NCBI GenBank assembly: GCA_017889545.1
Contig: JAGFZV010000007.1
Span: forward strand, 82,435 to 146,434
Direction: 5' to 3'
Source: Bacillota bacterium
GTDB lineage: Bacteria; Bacillota; Negativicutes; CTSoil-072
Length of the DNA stretch: 64,000 nt
The position numbers and the translations under genes were made by a program. The notes under the pieces were generated by a model. It was given only the letters and a program-made list of their open reading frames with translations. It searched no databases and had not been told where the DNA came from. Positions 9,580 through 18,921 of the stretch are shown here, one piece after another. Every line of letters begins with the position of its first letter. The stretch's first letter is position 1.

Positions 9580-10461
9580 TTAATCGCTGTTCTCAGGCAA
9601 ACAAGCCAACAATTCATCTCTTCTCATTTTCGCATTATGGAAAAAAGCATGTACGGCCTGACGGTCTCCTCTACGAATTTTTTCGTTCAACCCTTGCAGC
9701 ATGATTTGCATCTTCTCTAAACTATCACTGATTGCTTCTTGGTTGGTCATACAAATATCGGCCCACATATCGGCATTGGAGGAGGCAATCCGCGTCGTAT
9801 CGCGAAAACCGCCTCCGGCCAACTGCCGGCCATGACCCGGATCGGGACACTCTTCGAGTAAATTCACCAACGCAGCAGCCGCCAGGTGCGGAACATGACT
9901 GAGAACAGCCGTACACCGGTCATGCGTTCCGGTATCCATGGTAGTGAGGATTGCGCCGGTTGAAGAAATCAGTTCCTCTAATAATGCGATAGCCTGTGAA
10001 GAAGCTTTTGCACCCGACATGAGGATGTACCATTTATTGCGAAAAAGATCTTTATCCGCGGCCGTAATGCCGCTTTTTTCTTTGCCAGCCATCGGATGAC
10101 CGCCAATATAATGAATGTGATTGGGCAATATTTTTGTCAATTCTTCCTGCAAATATTGTTTGGTACTTCCCACATCGGAAAGAATAGCGCCTTGTTTAAG
10201 ATGTGGAGCGATTTTTTCTACCAACGGGACGATTTGCAAAACGGGTGTACACAGAAATACAAGATCCGCATCCCGTACACTGTCACAAACATCCTCGACC
10301 ACAATATCCACGATCTGTAATTTCACAGCTTGTTCTCGGGTCAGCCTGTCCGCATCTGTTCCGGTTACTTGAAGGCAGCCTTTATTATTCTGCCGAAAAG
10401 CCAGCGCCAAAGATCCGCCGATCAAACCTAATCCAATAATGGTGATGTGCAATTTTTTCAT
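9580..10461 (-). CDS. tyrA: Prephenate dehydrogenase
   Basis: 293 aa. [14 protein letters not shown] Rossmann motif and the TyrA family pattern (HPMAG). Confidence 0.85.
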   Translation of the reverse strand: MKKLHITIIGLGLIGGSLALAFRQNNKGCLQVTGTDADRLTREQAVKLQIVDIVVEDVCDSVRDADLVFLCTPVLQIVPLVEKIAPHLKQGAILSDVGSTKQYLQEELTKILPNHIHYIGGHPMAGKEKSGITAADKDLFRNKWYILMSGAKASSQAIALLEELISSTGAILTTMDTGTHDRCTAVLSHVPHLAAAALVNLLEECPDPGHGRQLAGGGFRDTTRIASSNADMWADICMTNQEAISDSLEKMQIMLQGLNEKIRRGDRQAVHAFFHNAKMRRDELLACLPENSD

Positions 10462-11474
10462 ACTAATGTTCTTCCCATCACATGGGCAATTGCAGCAAGA
10501 TCTTTCATCAGTAGATTAAACTTTTTCGGAGTTAGTGATTGTTTACCGTCAGATAATGCCACTGCCGGATTAGGATGGACTTCAATCATTAATCCGTCTG
10601 CACCGGCTGCCACAGCAGCCCGCGCCATCGGGCCAACCAACTTCCATACGCCGGTACCATGGCTGGGATCTACAATAACCGGCAAATGGCTAATCATTTT
10701 AATTGCGGCCACTGCGCTTAGATCCAAGGTGTTGCGTGTATAGTCTTCAAAAGTCCTTATTCCGCGTTCACATAAAATGACGTTATAATTTCCTTCATTC
10801 ATAATGTATTCTGCGGCGTTCAGCCATTCATTCAGGGTGGCTGCCATTCCCCGTTTCAGCAGTACTGGCTTATTTATTCTGCCCACTGATTTTAATAATT
10901 GGAAATTTTGCATATTCCGGGCGCCAATTTGCAGAATATCTGCACAATCCGCTACGATTGCAACAGATTGAACGTCCATCACTTCCGTAACAATCTTTAA
11001 TCCTGTTTTTTCGCGGGCTTCAGCTAATAACTCAAGTCCTTTTTCTTCTAATCCCTGGAATGCATAGGGGGACGTCCGCGGTTTAAAAGCACCGCCGCGC
11101 AAAAATTGCGCGCCGCCGGCTTTGACTATCCGCGCTGATTCGAGCAGCTGTTCACGGCTTTCTACCGCGCATGGTCCAGCCATAACTACTAGATTTTCTC
11201 CGCCTATCAGAACTCCGCCTATGTCAATTACCGTATCTTCCTGTTTAAATTCACGCGTAACCAATTTATAACTTTCGGTCACTTCTACAACTTTTTCCAC
11301 ACCATCCATCGCTTCAAGCGGCAATTCCGCCATTAACTTCTTCTCCCCTATCACGCCAATGATCGTTCTCACACGTCCTTCCGACAAATGAACTTTACAA
11401 TTGGCTGCTTCGACCCTATCTATCACTTGCTGCAATTCTTCTTTGCTCGCTTGCGGACTCATCACAATAATCAT
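10458..11474 (-). CDS. aroF: 3-deoxy-7-phosphoheptulonate (DAHP) synthase, type I-beta with an N-terminal ferredoxin-like regulatory domain
   Basis: 338 aa. AGPCAVES...KPRTSPY...GARNMQNF...DPSHG motifs of KDOPS/DAHPS Ibeta. A 4-nt overlap with tyrA implies an operon. Confidence 0.85.
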   Translation of the reverse strand: MIIVMSPQASKEELQQVIDRVEAANCKVHLSEGRVRTIIGVIGEKKLMAELPLEAMDGVEKVVEVTESYKLVTREFKQEDTVIDIGGVLIGGENLVVMAGPCAVESREQLLESARIVKAGGAQFLRGGAFKPRTSPYAFQGLEEKGLELLAEAREKTGLKIVTEVMDVQSVAIVADCADILQIGARNMQNFQLLKSVGRINKPVLLKRGMAATLNEWLNAAEYIMNEGNYNVILCERGIRTFEDYTRNTLDLSAVAAIKMISHLPVIVDPSHGTGVWKLVGPMARAAVAAGADGLMIEVHPNPAVALSDGKQSLTPKKFNLLMKDLAAIAHVMGRTLV

Positions 11475-11539
11475 GTTCTATTCCTCCTGCTTTTTGCTAC
11501 AATTTGCTGAATAACATGCTGGAAATCACAAGTGAGAAA

Positions 11540-11865
11540 CCCGGTCGAGCATACAAAAATCCCGCCCCTGAAATCAGGGACGGGATAGATAAACCCGCGG
11601 TACCACCCTGCTTGCATTGCAAGCCGCTCGTATTTCGGGTACAGAACGTGCACATTCGATACCCTATCCTCTGCTAACGGTGGCAGTCCGGCGCGGTCTA
11701 CTCGACAAGCTTTCAACCTGCTGCTCATGGGTGTATTTCAGCCAGCCCATCTACCGGGTCTCACCCCCCCCCGGCTCTCTGAAAGACGTTTCCGACTTAC
11801 TTATCCCAATCATTGCATTTCCTGCTATATTATTGACTCTACTTTAACAAAAGCAAATCCGCCTG
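11540..11865 (-). promoter_or_regulatory. Promoter plus T-box riboswitch leader (probable tyrosine specifier UAC) controlling aroF-tyrA
   Basis: The minus strand contains AGCAGGGTGGTACCGCGGG (T-box consensus, plus 11595-11610). A downstream terminator hairpin cccgtccctgatttcaggggcggg plus T5 (plus 11556-11586). An upstream GAAAUACA specifier-loop candidate (UAC at plus 11733-11735). AGAGAG and AGUAGA stem-I elements. Promoter TTGACA-17-TAAAGT (plus 11864-11869 and 11841-11846). Confidence 0.75.
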
Positions 11866-11887
11866 TCAAGTAATTTTTCCACCTTAT

Positions 11888-12403
11888 TTAATGGCGGGCG
11901 CATTCGCTGGCTTGACCCTTCATAATCGCCAGACCATGTTCCAATGCTGGCAAGACAACCTCCAAACATTCCTCTACGCCGCGCGGACTTCCCGGCAAAT
12001 TAATAATCAACGTTCGTCCGCGTACGCCGGCTACAGCACGAGACAGCATCGCTCTTGACGTTTTTTCCAAGGATTTTGCTCTAATCGCTTCCGGTATCCC
12101 TGGTACTAAACGGTCAATGACCGCTAACGTAGCCTCAGGCGTAACGTCGCGCGGCCCTAATCCGGTTCCACCGGTCGTCAAAATCAAATCGATACCGCAT
12201 TCGTCAGCCATGCGAACGATTTCCTGACTGATCAATTCCTGCACATCAGGCACCACAGTATATTCCTTCGTTGTCCCAATGTCTTTCAACAGTCGGGCAA
12301 TCGTTTTCCCGCTGATATCCTCCCGCTCGCCTCGCGCCCCTTTATCACTGGCAGTGATAATTCCAATCGTAAACATAGCCATATTATCTTCATTATTATG
12401 CAT
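11888..12403 (-). CDS. mogA: Molybdenum cofactor biosynthesis protein MogA/MoaB (molybdopterin adenylyltransferase)
   Basis: 171 aa. TASDKG...GGTG..PRD motifs of the MogA/MoaB fold. Confidence 0.8.
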   Translation of the reverse strand: MHNNEDNMAMFTIGIITASDKGARGEREDISGKTIARLLKDIGTTKEYTVVPDVQELISQEIVRMADECGIDLILTTGGTGLGPRDVTPEATLAVIDRLVPGIPEAIRAKSLEKTSRAMLSRAVAGVRGRTLIINLPGSPRGVEECLEVVLPALEHGLAIMKGQASECARH

Positions 12404-12419
12404 AAATATTCATACCCTC

Positions 12420-12899
12420 CTACTCGTCCTTGCGGACAAAAGTTCCGCTCTTTCCGCCAGATTTAGCCATTAAGCGGACATATTCAATTGTCATGCTGCG
12501 ATCAACGGCTTTACACATGTCATAAATAGTCAAAGCTGCTGCAGAAACGCCGGTAAGCGCTTCCATTTCCACTCCGGTCTTTCCTGTTGTGCTTACTGTC
12601 GCACGAATTTCTACGGCATTTATCTCGCTATTGATATGAAACTCAATATTAACGCCGGTCAAAAGCAAAGGATGACACATCGGAATCAGATCCCATGTTT
12701 TCTTCGCAGCCATGATCCCACCCACTTGGGCAACTCCCAAAACATCCCCTTTGCCTAATGCTCCTTGTTGTATCAATGCCAAGGTTTCCGGTTTCATGGA
12801 AATTCTTCCTTCGGCAACAGCTTCGCGGACAGTGTCGTCCTTCACTGTAACATCGACCATATGGGCTTTACCTGCTTCGTTAAAATGCGTCAACTTCAT
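12420..12899 (-). CDS. moaC: Cyclic pyranopterin monophosphate synthase accessory protein
   Basis: 159 aa. [25 protein letters not shown] are highly conserved MoaC motifs. Confidence 0.9.
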   Translation of the reverse strand: MKLTHFNEAGKAHMVDVTVKDDTVREAVAEGRISMKPETLALIQQGALGKGDVLGVAQVGGIMAAKKTWDLIPMCHPLLLTGVNIEFHINSEINAVEIRATVSTTGKTGVEMEALTGVSAAALTIYDMCKAVDRSMTIEYVRLMAKSGGKSGTFVRKDE

Positions 12900-12917
12900 A
12901 CGATCTCCCCCTTCAAT

Positions 12918-13148
12918 TTAATATTCAGGCGGATATAAGGCAAGCCGGTCTCCATCTTTTAAACTTTGCTTCAACTGCGAATTTTTCCCGTTGACCGTAA
13001 TGGTCCAGACTTTGGCATGGTCAATTTCCAGTTCCGCAAGCAAGTCTAAGACAGTAATATCATCCAACACATCCACCGTCAAAACTCCGCTTGAACCGTT
13101 CGGCATATGCCGATTTAGTATTCCATGCATACTCACTTCTATTACCAT
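12918..13148 (-). CDS. MoaD/ThiS-like beta-grasp protein lacking a C-terminal Gly-Gly
   Basis: About 76 aa from MVIEVSMHG. The ubiquitin-like pattern (VNGK...L.DGD.L.L.PP) is present, but the protein ends ...LYPPEY rather than GG. Confidence 0.5.
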   Translation of the reverse strand: MVIEVSMHGILNRHMPNGSSGVLTVDVLDDITVLDLLAELEIDHAKVWTITVNGKNSQLKQSLKDGDRLALYPPEY

Positions 13149-13168
13149 GCGCCCGTATCCTTCCCACA

Positions 13169-15106
13169 TCAGCGAGTGATTATTATTTTGCCTGAAGAGG
13201 ATAAATCATACCCCCCCAAACCCTCTACCTCGCGACGAAAATCAGCTGACTTCAATATATTGATGATCAAGCTTAAACGAGGATCATCGGGTAAGAAATT
13301 CAGCAACAGATCGTATTGTTCGTGCGCTATTGGAATAAATTCCAAGCCAAATGCTTTCGCAGCGGCCTGAATACCCATTCCGGCATCAACAACGCCATCA
13401 GAAATCATTGCAGCAACCGCCATATGAGTCCCTGCTTCTTTATCGTACCCAGAAATTTTGTCCGCGCCAACGCCTGCTTTTTTCAGTTGGTAATCCAGAA
13501 GCAGCCTGGTCCCTGAACCACGCTGCCGATTAACAAACTCGACTTCGGGCTGTACCAGATCCTCTAATGTTCGAATATTTTTCGGATTGCCGGGAGCTAC
13601 CATGAGACCTTGTTCCCGCATGGCCAAATGAACTAAATGCCATCGTCCGCCTGCCAAATATTTTTTGACAGCAGAAATATTATATTCGCCGGTATCCGGA
13701 TCAAGGATGTGAACGCCTGCAATATGAGCTTCATTATTGCGGATCGCCATAATTCCTCCCATGCTGCCTACATTCGCACAGGACAGATTTAATCCGGCTT
13801 GCCGCCGGAGAGATACCGACAAAATATCCAGCGACAGATCATGGCTGCCTACCGCCAGCAACGCATCAGTAACCGGCTCCTCGGTCAATAACGTGACGTT
13901 CACCAAAGCGCCTGCCGCTAACCCGGAAACTTCCGCAGGGATTCGAATCACGCCTCGGGCTTTTGTTAATGTGGAAATTAATCCTGCGCCTCTGTTCAAA
14001 GGGGCGGCTACGGTGTGTCCCTGTACATCGCCTAAGGATACTCTAACATATTCTTCAACCCCGATAGGGGAATACACTTGCCGGGCCAATGTCGCTGAAA
14101 TTTGCGGCGGGGAGGGCAGCGGACGCTTTTGCCTTGCATACAACGTATCCCGCAAAAATAATTCTGCAGTTAACATCGCTGAAACAGGATACCCTGGCAG
14201 GCCAATGACCGGTTTCCCCTTGCATATTGCCAATATAACCGGTTTTCCGGGTCGGGTGGCAACTCCATGCACCAATACCTGTCCCAATTCCGCTAACACT
14301 TGCGAGGTAAAATCCTCCGTACCGGCCGATGTCCCGGCGTTTGTCACAACCATATCGCAATGTTCAAGACACTCTTCAACAGCTTGCCGTAAAGACGTAT
14401 GGTCATCGTATACAATTCCATGGCGTTCAGGCAAACCGCCCCAATTGGAAATTTGCGCGGAAAGCATATGTGAATTCACATCCAGGATTTTCCCCGGACT
14501 TAATTCCTTCCATGATGAGACCAGCTCCGTTCCCGTCGGGATGATCGCCACGCGCGGACGGCAAATTACTTCCACTTCATCCAGCCCTGACGCCATTAAA
14601 GCGGCAATATCCGGCGGAGTAATTTTGTGGTTTTCCGGCAAAACCATTTCACCTGCGGCGATGTCCTCGCCAACAATGCGAACGTGCTGCCATGGAGCGG
14701 CGGCAGCTATGATTTCAATCGTTTCACCTTGTTGGTGAGTATCTTCGACCATAATCACTGCATTCGTTCCCGCAGGCAATACGTCACCTGTATCGACAAT
14801 ATAGCATCCGCCGGCAACGAGAGGCGTTCCTGCAGACAATATCGTCAGTTTTATGGGAGCAATTTCCGTAGCGTCAAACGTGTCTTGAGCCCGAACGGCT
14901 ATGCCATCCATTGCCGATCCATTGTAATGAGGCACAGACCGTCCTGCAAAAATACATTTGGCAGATACGCGGTTTAGCGCATCCGGCACAGCGATTATTT
15001 CCGATGGAACGTTTTGAAAATACCCGCAATCTTCTAATTTATTCCACCATAGCTGCACAGCCTTTTCCCGGGGCAAACACTGCAGATATGAATTTACCTT
15101 TCGCAA
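13169..15106 (-). CDS. moeA: Molybdopterin molybdenumtransferase MoeA fused to a C-terminal periplasmic-binding-protein-like (molybdate/oxyanion-binding type) domain
   Basis: 645 aa. The N-terminal 400 aa form a MoeA fold (SAMDGIAV, GGVSMG-like TNAGTSAGTEDF, GLPGYPVSA). The C-terminal 230 aa resemble a PBP-like substrate-binding domain. Confidence 0.8.
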   Translation of the reverse strand: MRKVNSYLQCLPREKAVQLWWNKLEDCGYFQNVPSEIIAVPDALNRVSAKCIFAGRSVPHYNGSAMDGIAVRAQDTFDATEIAPIKLTILSAGTPLVAGGCYIVDTGDVLPAGTNAVIMVEDTHQQGETIEIIAAAAPWQHVRIVGEDIAAGEMVLPENHKITPPDIAALMASGLDEVEVICRPRVAIIPTGTELVSSWKELSPGKILDVNSHMLSAQISNWGGLPERHGIVYDDHTSLRQAVEECLEHCDMVVTNAGTSAGTEDFTSQVLAELGQVLVHGVATRPGKPVILAICKGKPVIGLPGYPVSAMLTAELFLRDTLYARQKRPLPSPPQISATLARQVYSPIGVEEYVRVSLGDVQGHTVAAPLNRGAGLISTLTKARGVIRIPAEVSGLAAGALVNVTLLTEEPVTDALLAVGSHDLSLDILSVSLRRQAGLNLSCANVGSMGGIMAIRNNEAHIAGVHILDPDTGEYNISAVKKYLAGGRWHLVHLAMREQGLMVAPGNPKNIRTLEDLVQPEVEFVNRQRGSGTRLLLDYQLKKAGVGADKISGYDKEAGTHMAVAAMISDGVVDAGMGIQAAAKAFGLEFIPIAHEQYDLLLNFLPDDPRLSLIINILKSADFRREVEGLGGYDLSSSGKIIITR

Positions 15107-15135
15107 AATGGACCCCCCATTCTAAAATTCAGGCA

Positions 15136-16359
15136 TTAAATCAATTCTACTATAACCGGATCACCGGCATACAGCCCGCCACAATCTGTATCGATATGAA
15201 CAATGCCATCGGCCTGCAGCATTGTGCTGATCAAGCCGGATTTCCCCAAGATTGGTTCCGCTTCGTATCCGTCTTGCTTCCATAGTAAGCGAACTCGCAA
15301 AAAGTCGTCCCGCCCAGGCGCCGAAGCAATATTGCGTGAAATGCGAGCCGGAACCGCTCGTCCCCGAAACGATTCACTTCGACCAAGTAATCGTCCGATT
15401 ACCGGTTTGACTAATTGCTCACAAATCGTCATTGCCGATACAGGATGCCCTGGCAATCCAAATACCGGTACCTGACCAATCAAACCATAAATTGTCGGTT
15501 TACCGGGTTTTACTGCAATGCCATGCAACAAAACTCCAGGCGTCCCAAGCTCCGCTATCGCTTGAACAGCATAGTCCCTCGTTCCAACCGAACTGCCGCC
15601 GGATACGAGCACCATATCAGTTTCATTCACAGCTTTCCTCAAGGCCAATAATACCTGCTGATAATCATCGGGAATGATTCCATAACGAATTGTTGAACAG
15701 CCGATCGCTTCCAACATGGCCGCTAATGCGTATGAATTGATATCACGGACTTGTCCGCCTCCCGGCTTCGACCCAATATCAACAACTTCATCACCGGTCG
15801 AAAGGATGCCGATTCGCGGTTGCTTGCGCACAGAAATTTCTGCAAACCCGCACGCCGCCAAAGCGCCGATCTGAGCCACGCCAATTCTCTCGCCTCGATG
15901 AACAATCACCGTTCCTGATTTCATATCTTCCCCTTTGGCAATGACATTTTCACCGGGAGCGACCGGCTTTACCACCAGGACGGTCTTCTCGTCCGGTTTT
16001 TCCGTATATTCAATCATGACAACGGCATCCGCGCCAATTGGCAGCATTCCCCCTGTGGGAATGCTGGCCGCCTGCCCAGGCGCCAAGGTCAGTTCCGTCG
16101 TCCTTCCCATAAAAATTTCGCCAATATTATCCAATACCACAGGGATTCCTTCACCGGCTACAAATAGTTCACTACTGCGCACAGCAAAGCCATCCACCGT
16201 TGACCGGCTAAAAGAAGGAAGATCTTCCTCCATCACATGGTCGTTCGCAATAATTCTTCCTAAGGACTTAGACAATGCTATCTTTTCCGCTTCCAAGACA
16301 TAACCGTCTAAGCTTTTAAACAAAATTTCCTGTGCTTCATTTAAAGCTTTTGCTTTCAT
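15136..16359 (-). CDS. moeA: Molybdopterin molybdenumtransferase MoeA (second paralogue)
   Basis: About 407 aa. STVDGFAV, VSGGSSVGTRD, GLPGHPVSA. Confidence 0.85.
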   Translation of the reverse strand: MKAKALNEAQEILFKSLDGYVLEAEKIALSKSLGRIIANDHVMEEDLPSFSRSTVDGFAVRSSELFVAGEGIPVVLDNIGEIFMGRTTELTLAPGQAASIPTGGMLPIGADAVVMIEYTEKPDEKTVLVVKPVAPGENVIAKGEDMKSGTVIVHRGERIGVAQIGALAACGFAEISVRKQPRIGILSTGDEVVDIGSKPGGGQVRDINSYALAAMLEAIGCSTIRYGIIPDDYQQVLLALRKAVNETDMVLVSGGSSVGTRDYAVQAIAELGTPGVLLHGIAVKPGKPTIYGLIGQVPVFGLPGHPVSAMTICEQLVKPVIGRLLGRSESFRGRAVPARISRNIASAPGRDDFLRVRLLWKQDGYEAEPILGKSGLISTMLQADGIVHIDTDCGGLYAGDPVIVELI

Positions 16360-16425
16360 AAATTCCATTTTTTCATTCCCCTTATCGCGGGATGTTCTGT
16401 ATTACCAATTGTCTTTCCTAAAGAT

Positions 16426-16452
16426 AGCCCGACTGGTATTGCCAGTCGGGCT
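16426..16452. other. Perfect 11-bp stem-loop between moaA and moeA
   Basis: agcccgactgg-tattg-ccagtcgggct. No adjacent U-tract on either strand. Confidence 0.5.
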
Positions 16453-16606
16453 AAAGCTGTTGAAAAAGGTTAATCTGCGGCGTCACAACTGCGTTTACTT
16501 GCTTACGTACGTTGAGTACGCAACGCATCGCAAGCCTCCTTGTTCCTGGCATCTCAGCCTTTTTGAACAGCTCGTTCATTGGTTGAAAAGGTTAATCCGG
16601 AACATT

Positions 16607-17587
16607 TTAACCGCCAATTTGCGACATGCGCCGGTCAACCTCAGAATGCTTGTCAGTCGGACACAAATTATGTCCGGATGGTTTGGCACGAACTGCTTGC
16701 AGAAAAAGCTGCTTGATTTCCTCGTCAGTCGCCCCGGATCGCAACGCTGTTTTTACATCAATTTCTGTATTCGATAATAGGCAGGGCTTAAATTTACCAT
16801 CTGCAGTTAAACGCAATCGGTTGCACTGTCCACAAAAATGTTCTGAAATCGGGGTAATAAACCCAAAACTTCCTAAGGCTCCCGGCAAACGGTAATAGCG
16901 AGCCGGTCCATTGCCCGTATCCAACGCAATCGGCTGCAATAACCCTTTTCCCAGCTTATGAATCCTTTCTTTGACCGCCGCAACGCTGTATCCCCTTCCT
17001 GCCTTGTCGGCGCCAATCGGCATATATTCAATAAAGCGAACAGCAACAGGCAGGCGATAAATTAAATCAACAAAATAGATCAAGTCATCATCCGTAAAAT
17101 GTTCTGACAGGACGACATTGAGCTTCACCGGCGTAAGACCGGCAGCCAACGCATTTTTAATTCCTGATAACGTTTCTTCCAACCGCCCCCGTCTGGTTAT
17201 AAGAGCGAACTTTTCCGGATTGGCCGTATCAAGACTAATATTAACTCGCTGTAATCCCGCCTTCTTCAATTCTTGCGCCATGCCGGACAACAAACTCCCA
17301 TTTGTTGTCATCGACAGATCAGTAATTATATTTAGTGCAGTTAAACGACTGATAAAGCCGGTTATTCCTTTACGAACCAAAGGCTCTCCTCCGGTCAAGC
17401 GGACCTTTCTGACGCCAAGATGACCGACAATACGAATCATACGTAATATTTCTTCGTAAGATAATATTTCCGCATGCGGCAAAGGCGATACGCCTTCATC
17501 CGGCATGCAGTAAGTACAGCGAAAATTGCAACGGTCGGTCACAGATACCCGCAGATAGTCAATAGCCCGGTTAAAGGAATCAATCAT
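16607..17587 (-). CDS. moaA: GTP 3',8-cyclase (radical SAM)
   Basis: 326 aa. CNFRCTYCMP radical-SAM motif and the C-terminal auxiliary cluster CGQCNRLRLTADGKFKPCL. Confidence 0.9.
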   Translation of the reverse strand: MIDSFNRAIDYLRVSVTDRCNFRCTYCMPDEGVSPLPHAEILSYEEILRMIRIVGHLGVRKVRLTGGEPLVRKGITGFISRLTALNIITDLSMTTNGSLLSGMAQELKKAGLQRVNISLDTANPEKFALITRRGRLEETLSGIKNALAAGLTPVKLNVVLSEHFTDDDLIYFVDLIYRLPVAVRFIEYMPIGADKAGRGYSVAAVKERIHKLGKGLLQPIALDTGNGPARYYRLPGALGSFGFITPISEHFCGQCNRLRLTADGKFKPCLLSNTEIDVKTALRSGATDEEIKQLFLQAVRAKPSGHNLCPTDKHSEVDRRMSQIGG

Positions 17588-17599
17588 GCCTATCGTCCT

Positions 17600-18088
17600 C
17601 TACTTTCCCAATACCTTCTTTACCAAAAAATCAGCCATCGGCGCCGGGTCCTCCAAGCTAAAAGTTGGCACATCATCATATAATACAACATCGGAAGCCA
17701 TAGCCAAAAGTTCTGTATTTGCGCAAAGCGGGCTATCGCAAGCAGCTTTTCGGAAAACTTCTATTCGCGTTTTCGCTTCCCGCTTGTAGCCTTCGGTAAA
17801 AATGATGTCCACGCCATCGATATATTGGATAACTTCTTCCAATTTCAATTCTTCATCCACTTTTTTAATCATCGCCATTTTTTGCGGAGAAGAAATACAG
17901 ACCACGTCTGCACCGGCTTGAGCATGACGCCAAGTATCTTTTCCCGGCTTATCAATTTCAAAACCATGAACGTCATGTTTGACGATAGCTACTTTGAAAT
18001 TACGAAGCTTCAATTCTCGGATTAACTTTTCCAAATAAGTTGTTTTTCCGCAATCCGATCTACCAACAAAAGAAATAACCGGAATCAT
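17600..18088 (-). CDS. mobB: Molybdopterin-guanine dinucleotide biosynthesis adapter protein
   Basis: 162 aa. Walker A GRSDCGKTT...KHD pattern of MobB. Confidence 0.8.
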   Translation of the reverse strand: MIPVISFVGRSDCGKTTYLEKLIRELKLRNFKVAIVKHDVHGFEIDKPGKDTWRHAQAGADVVCISSPQKMAMIKKVDEELKLEEVIQYIDGVDIIFTEGYKREAKTRIEVFRKAACDSPLCANTELLAMASDVVLYDDVPTFSLEDPAPMADFLVKKVLGK

Positions 18089-18249
18089 AATACCCCTCCA
18101 TATAAAAAATTATAACTTATATAAAAATTCTCCACAAGACCGCTTTGCCCTGCTAAAAAGATCAGAAAACAAAAAATAAAGGGACTCGGGCGTTATGCGC
18201 GAATATTTTACTTAATAATCAGAATAATCTTGTTTGAGGAGGCTTTCTC

Positions 18250-18921
18250 ATGACACAATTGCATTACTATGGACACTCTTGTTTTCAAGTGATTCACAAT
18301 GGCGTAAGTTTGTTATTTGATCCTTTTTTTACGAATAATCCGCTCAACACCGCTAATCCGAAAAAAATCGACTGCAATTTCATCTTAGTATCTCATGCCC
18401 ATGGCGATCACCTGGGAGATACTTTGGATATCGCGCAAAGAAGCAAGGCCGTGGTGATTTCTACTGCCGAAATCGCAAACCTATGTGCACAGCAAGGCTG
18501 CAGTTCACACGCCATGCATCTGGGCGGAAAACACAAATTCGACTTTGGTTCTGTGCGGATCACCCCTGCTTTTCATGGGTCAGGAATTCCCGGCGGGCAT
18601 GCTTGCGGATTTATCGTCGACTTCTTCGGCATCGTTATTTACTTTGCCGGTGACACCGGTTTGTTTGGCGACATGGAACTATTGGGACGTCTGGAAAAAA
18701 TTGATTATGCGCTTCTGCCAATTGGCGATAACTTCACCATGGGACCGGAAGACGCTGCAGAAGCGGCGGGAATGTTAAAACCACGAATCGTGGTTCCTAT
18801 GCATTACAACACTTGGCCGCTCATAGCGCAATCACCGGAAGCATTTAAGTCAGCGGTCGAAAGCCGGTTTAAAATACCGGTTCAAATTGTATCGCCAGGA
18901 ACAAAGCTGACATTAGCATAG
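18250..18921 (+). CDS. UPF0173-family metal-dependent hydrolase (MBL fold)
   Basis: 223 aa. MTQLHYYGHSCFQV...VSHAHGDHLGD. RBS GAGGAGG. Confidence 0.8.
   Translation: MTQLHYYGHSCFQVIHNGVSLLFDPFFTNNPLNTANPKKIDCNFILVSHAHGDHLGDTLDIAQRSKAVVISTAEIANLCAQQGCSSHAMHLGGKHKFDFGSVRITPAFHGSGIPGGHACGFIVDFFGIVIYFAGDTGLFGDMELLGRLEKIDYALLPIGDNFTMGPEDAAEAAGMLKPRIVVPMHYNTWPLIAQSPEAFKSAVESRFKIPVQIVSPGTKLTLA

Noticed and set aside
11471-11728. 85-aa ORF upstream of aroF
   Set aside because: Lies within the T-box leader RNA. Its sequence is explained by the riboswitch, and it has no RBS.
13737-14738. 333-aa ORF on the plus strand
   Set aside because: Entirely antisense to the well-supported moeA-PBP gene. Low-complexity Ser/Thr/Pro-rich translation, no RBS. 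A typical shadow ORF.
16369-16606. Possible Moco riboswitch within or upstream of the Moco cluster (also checked 18089-18249)
   Set aside because: I could not recognise the conserved Moco RNA motif elements by eye. Only a simple hairpin is present. Needs a covariance-model scan.
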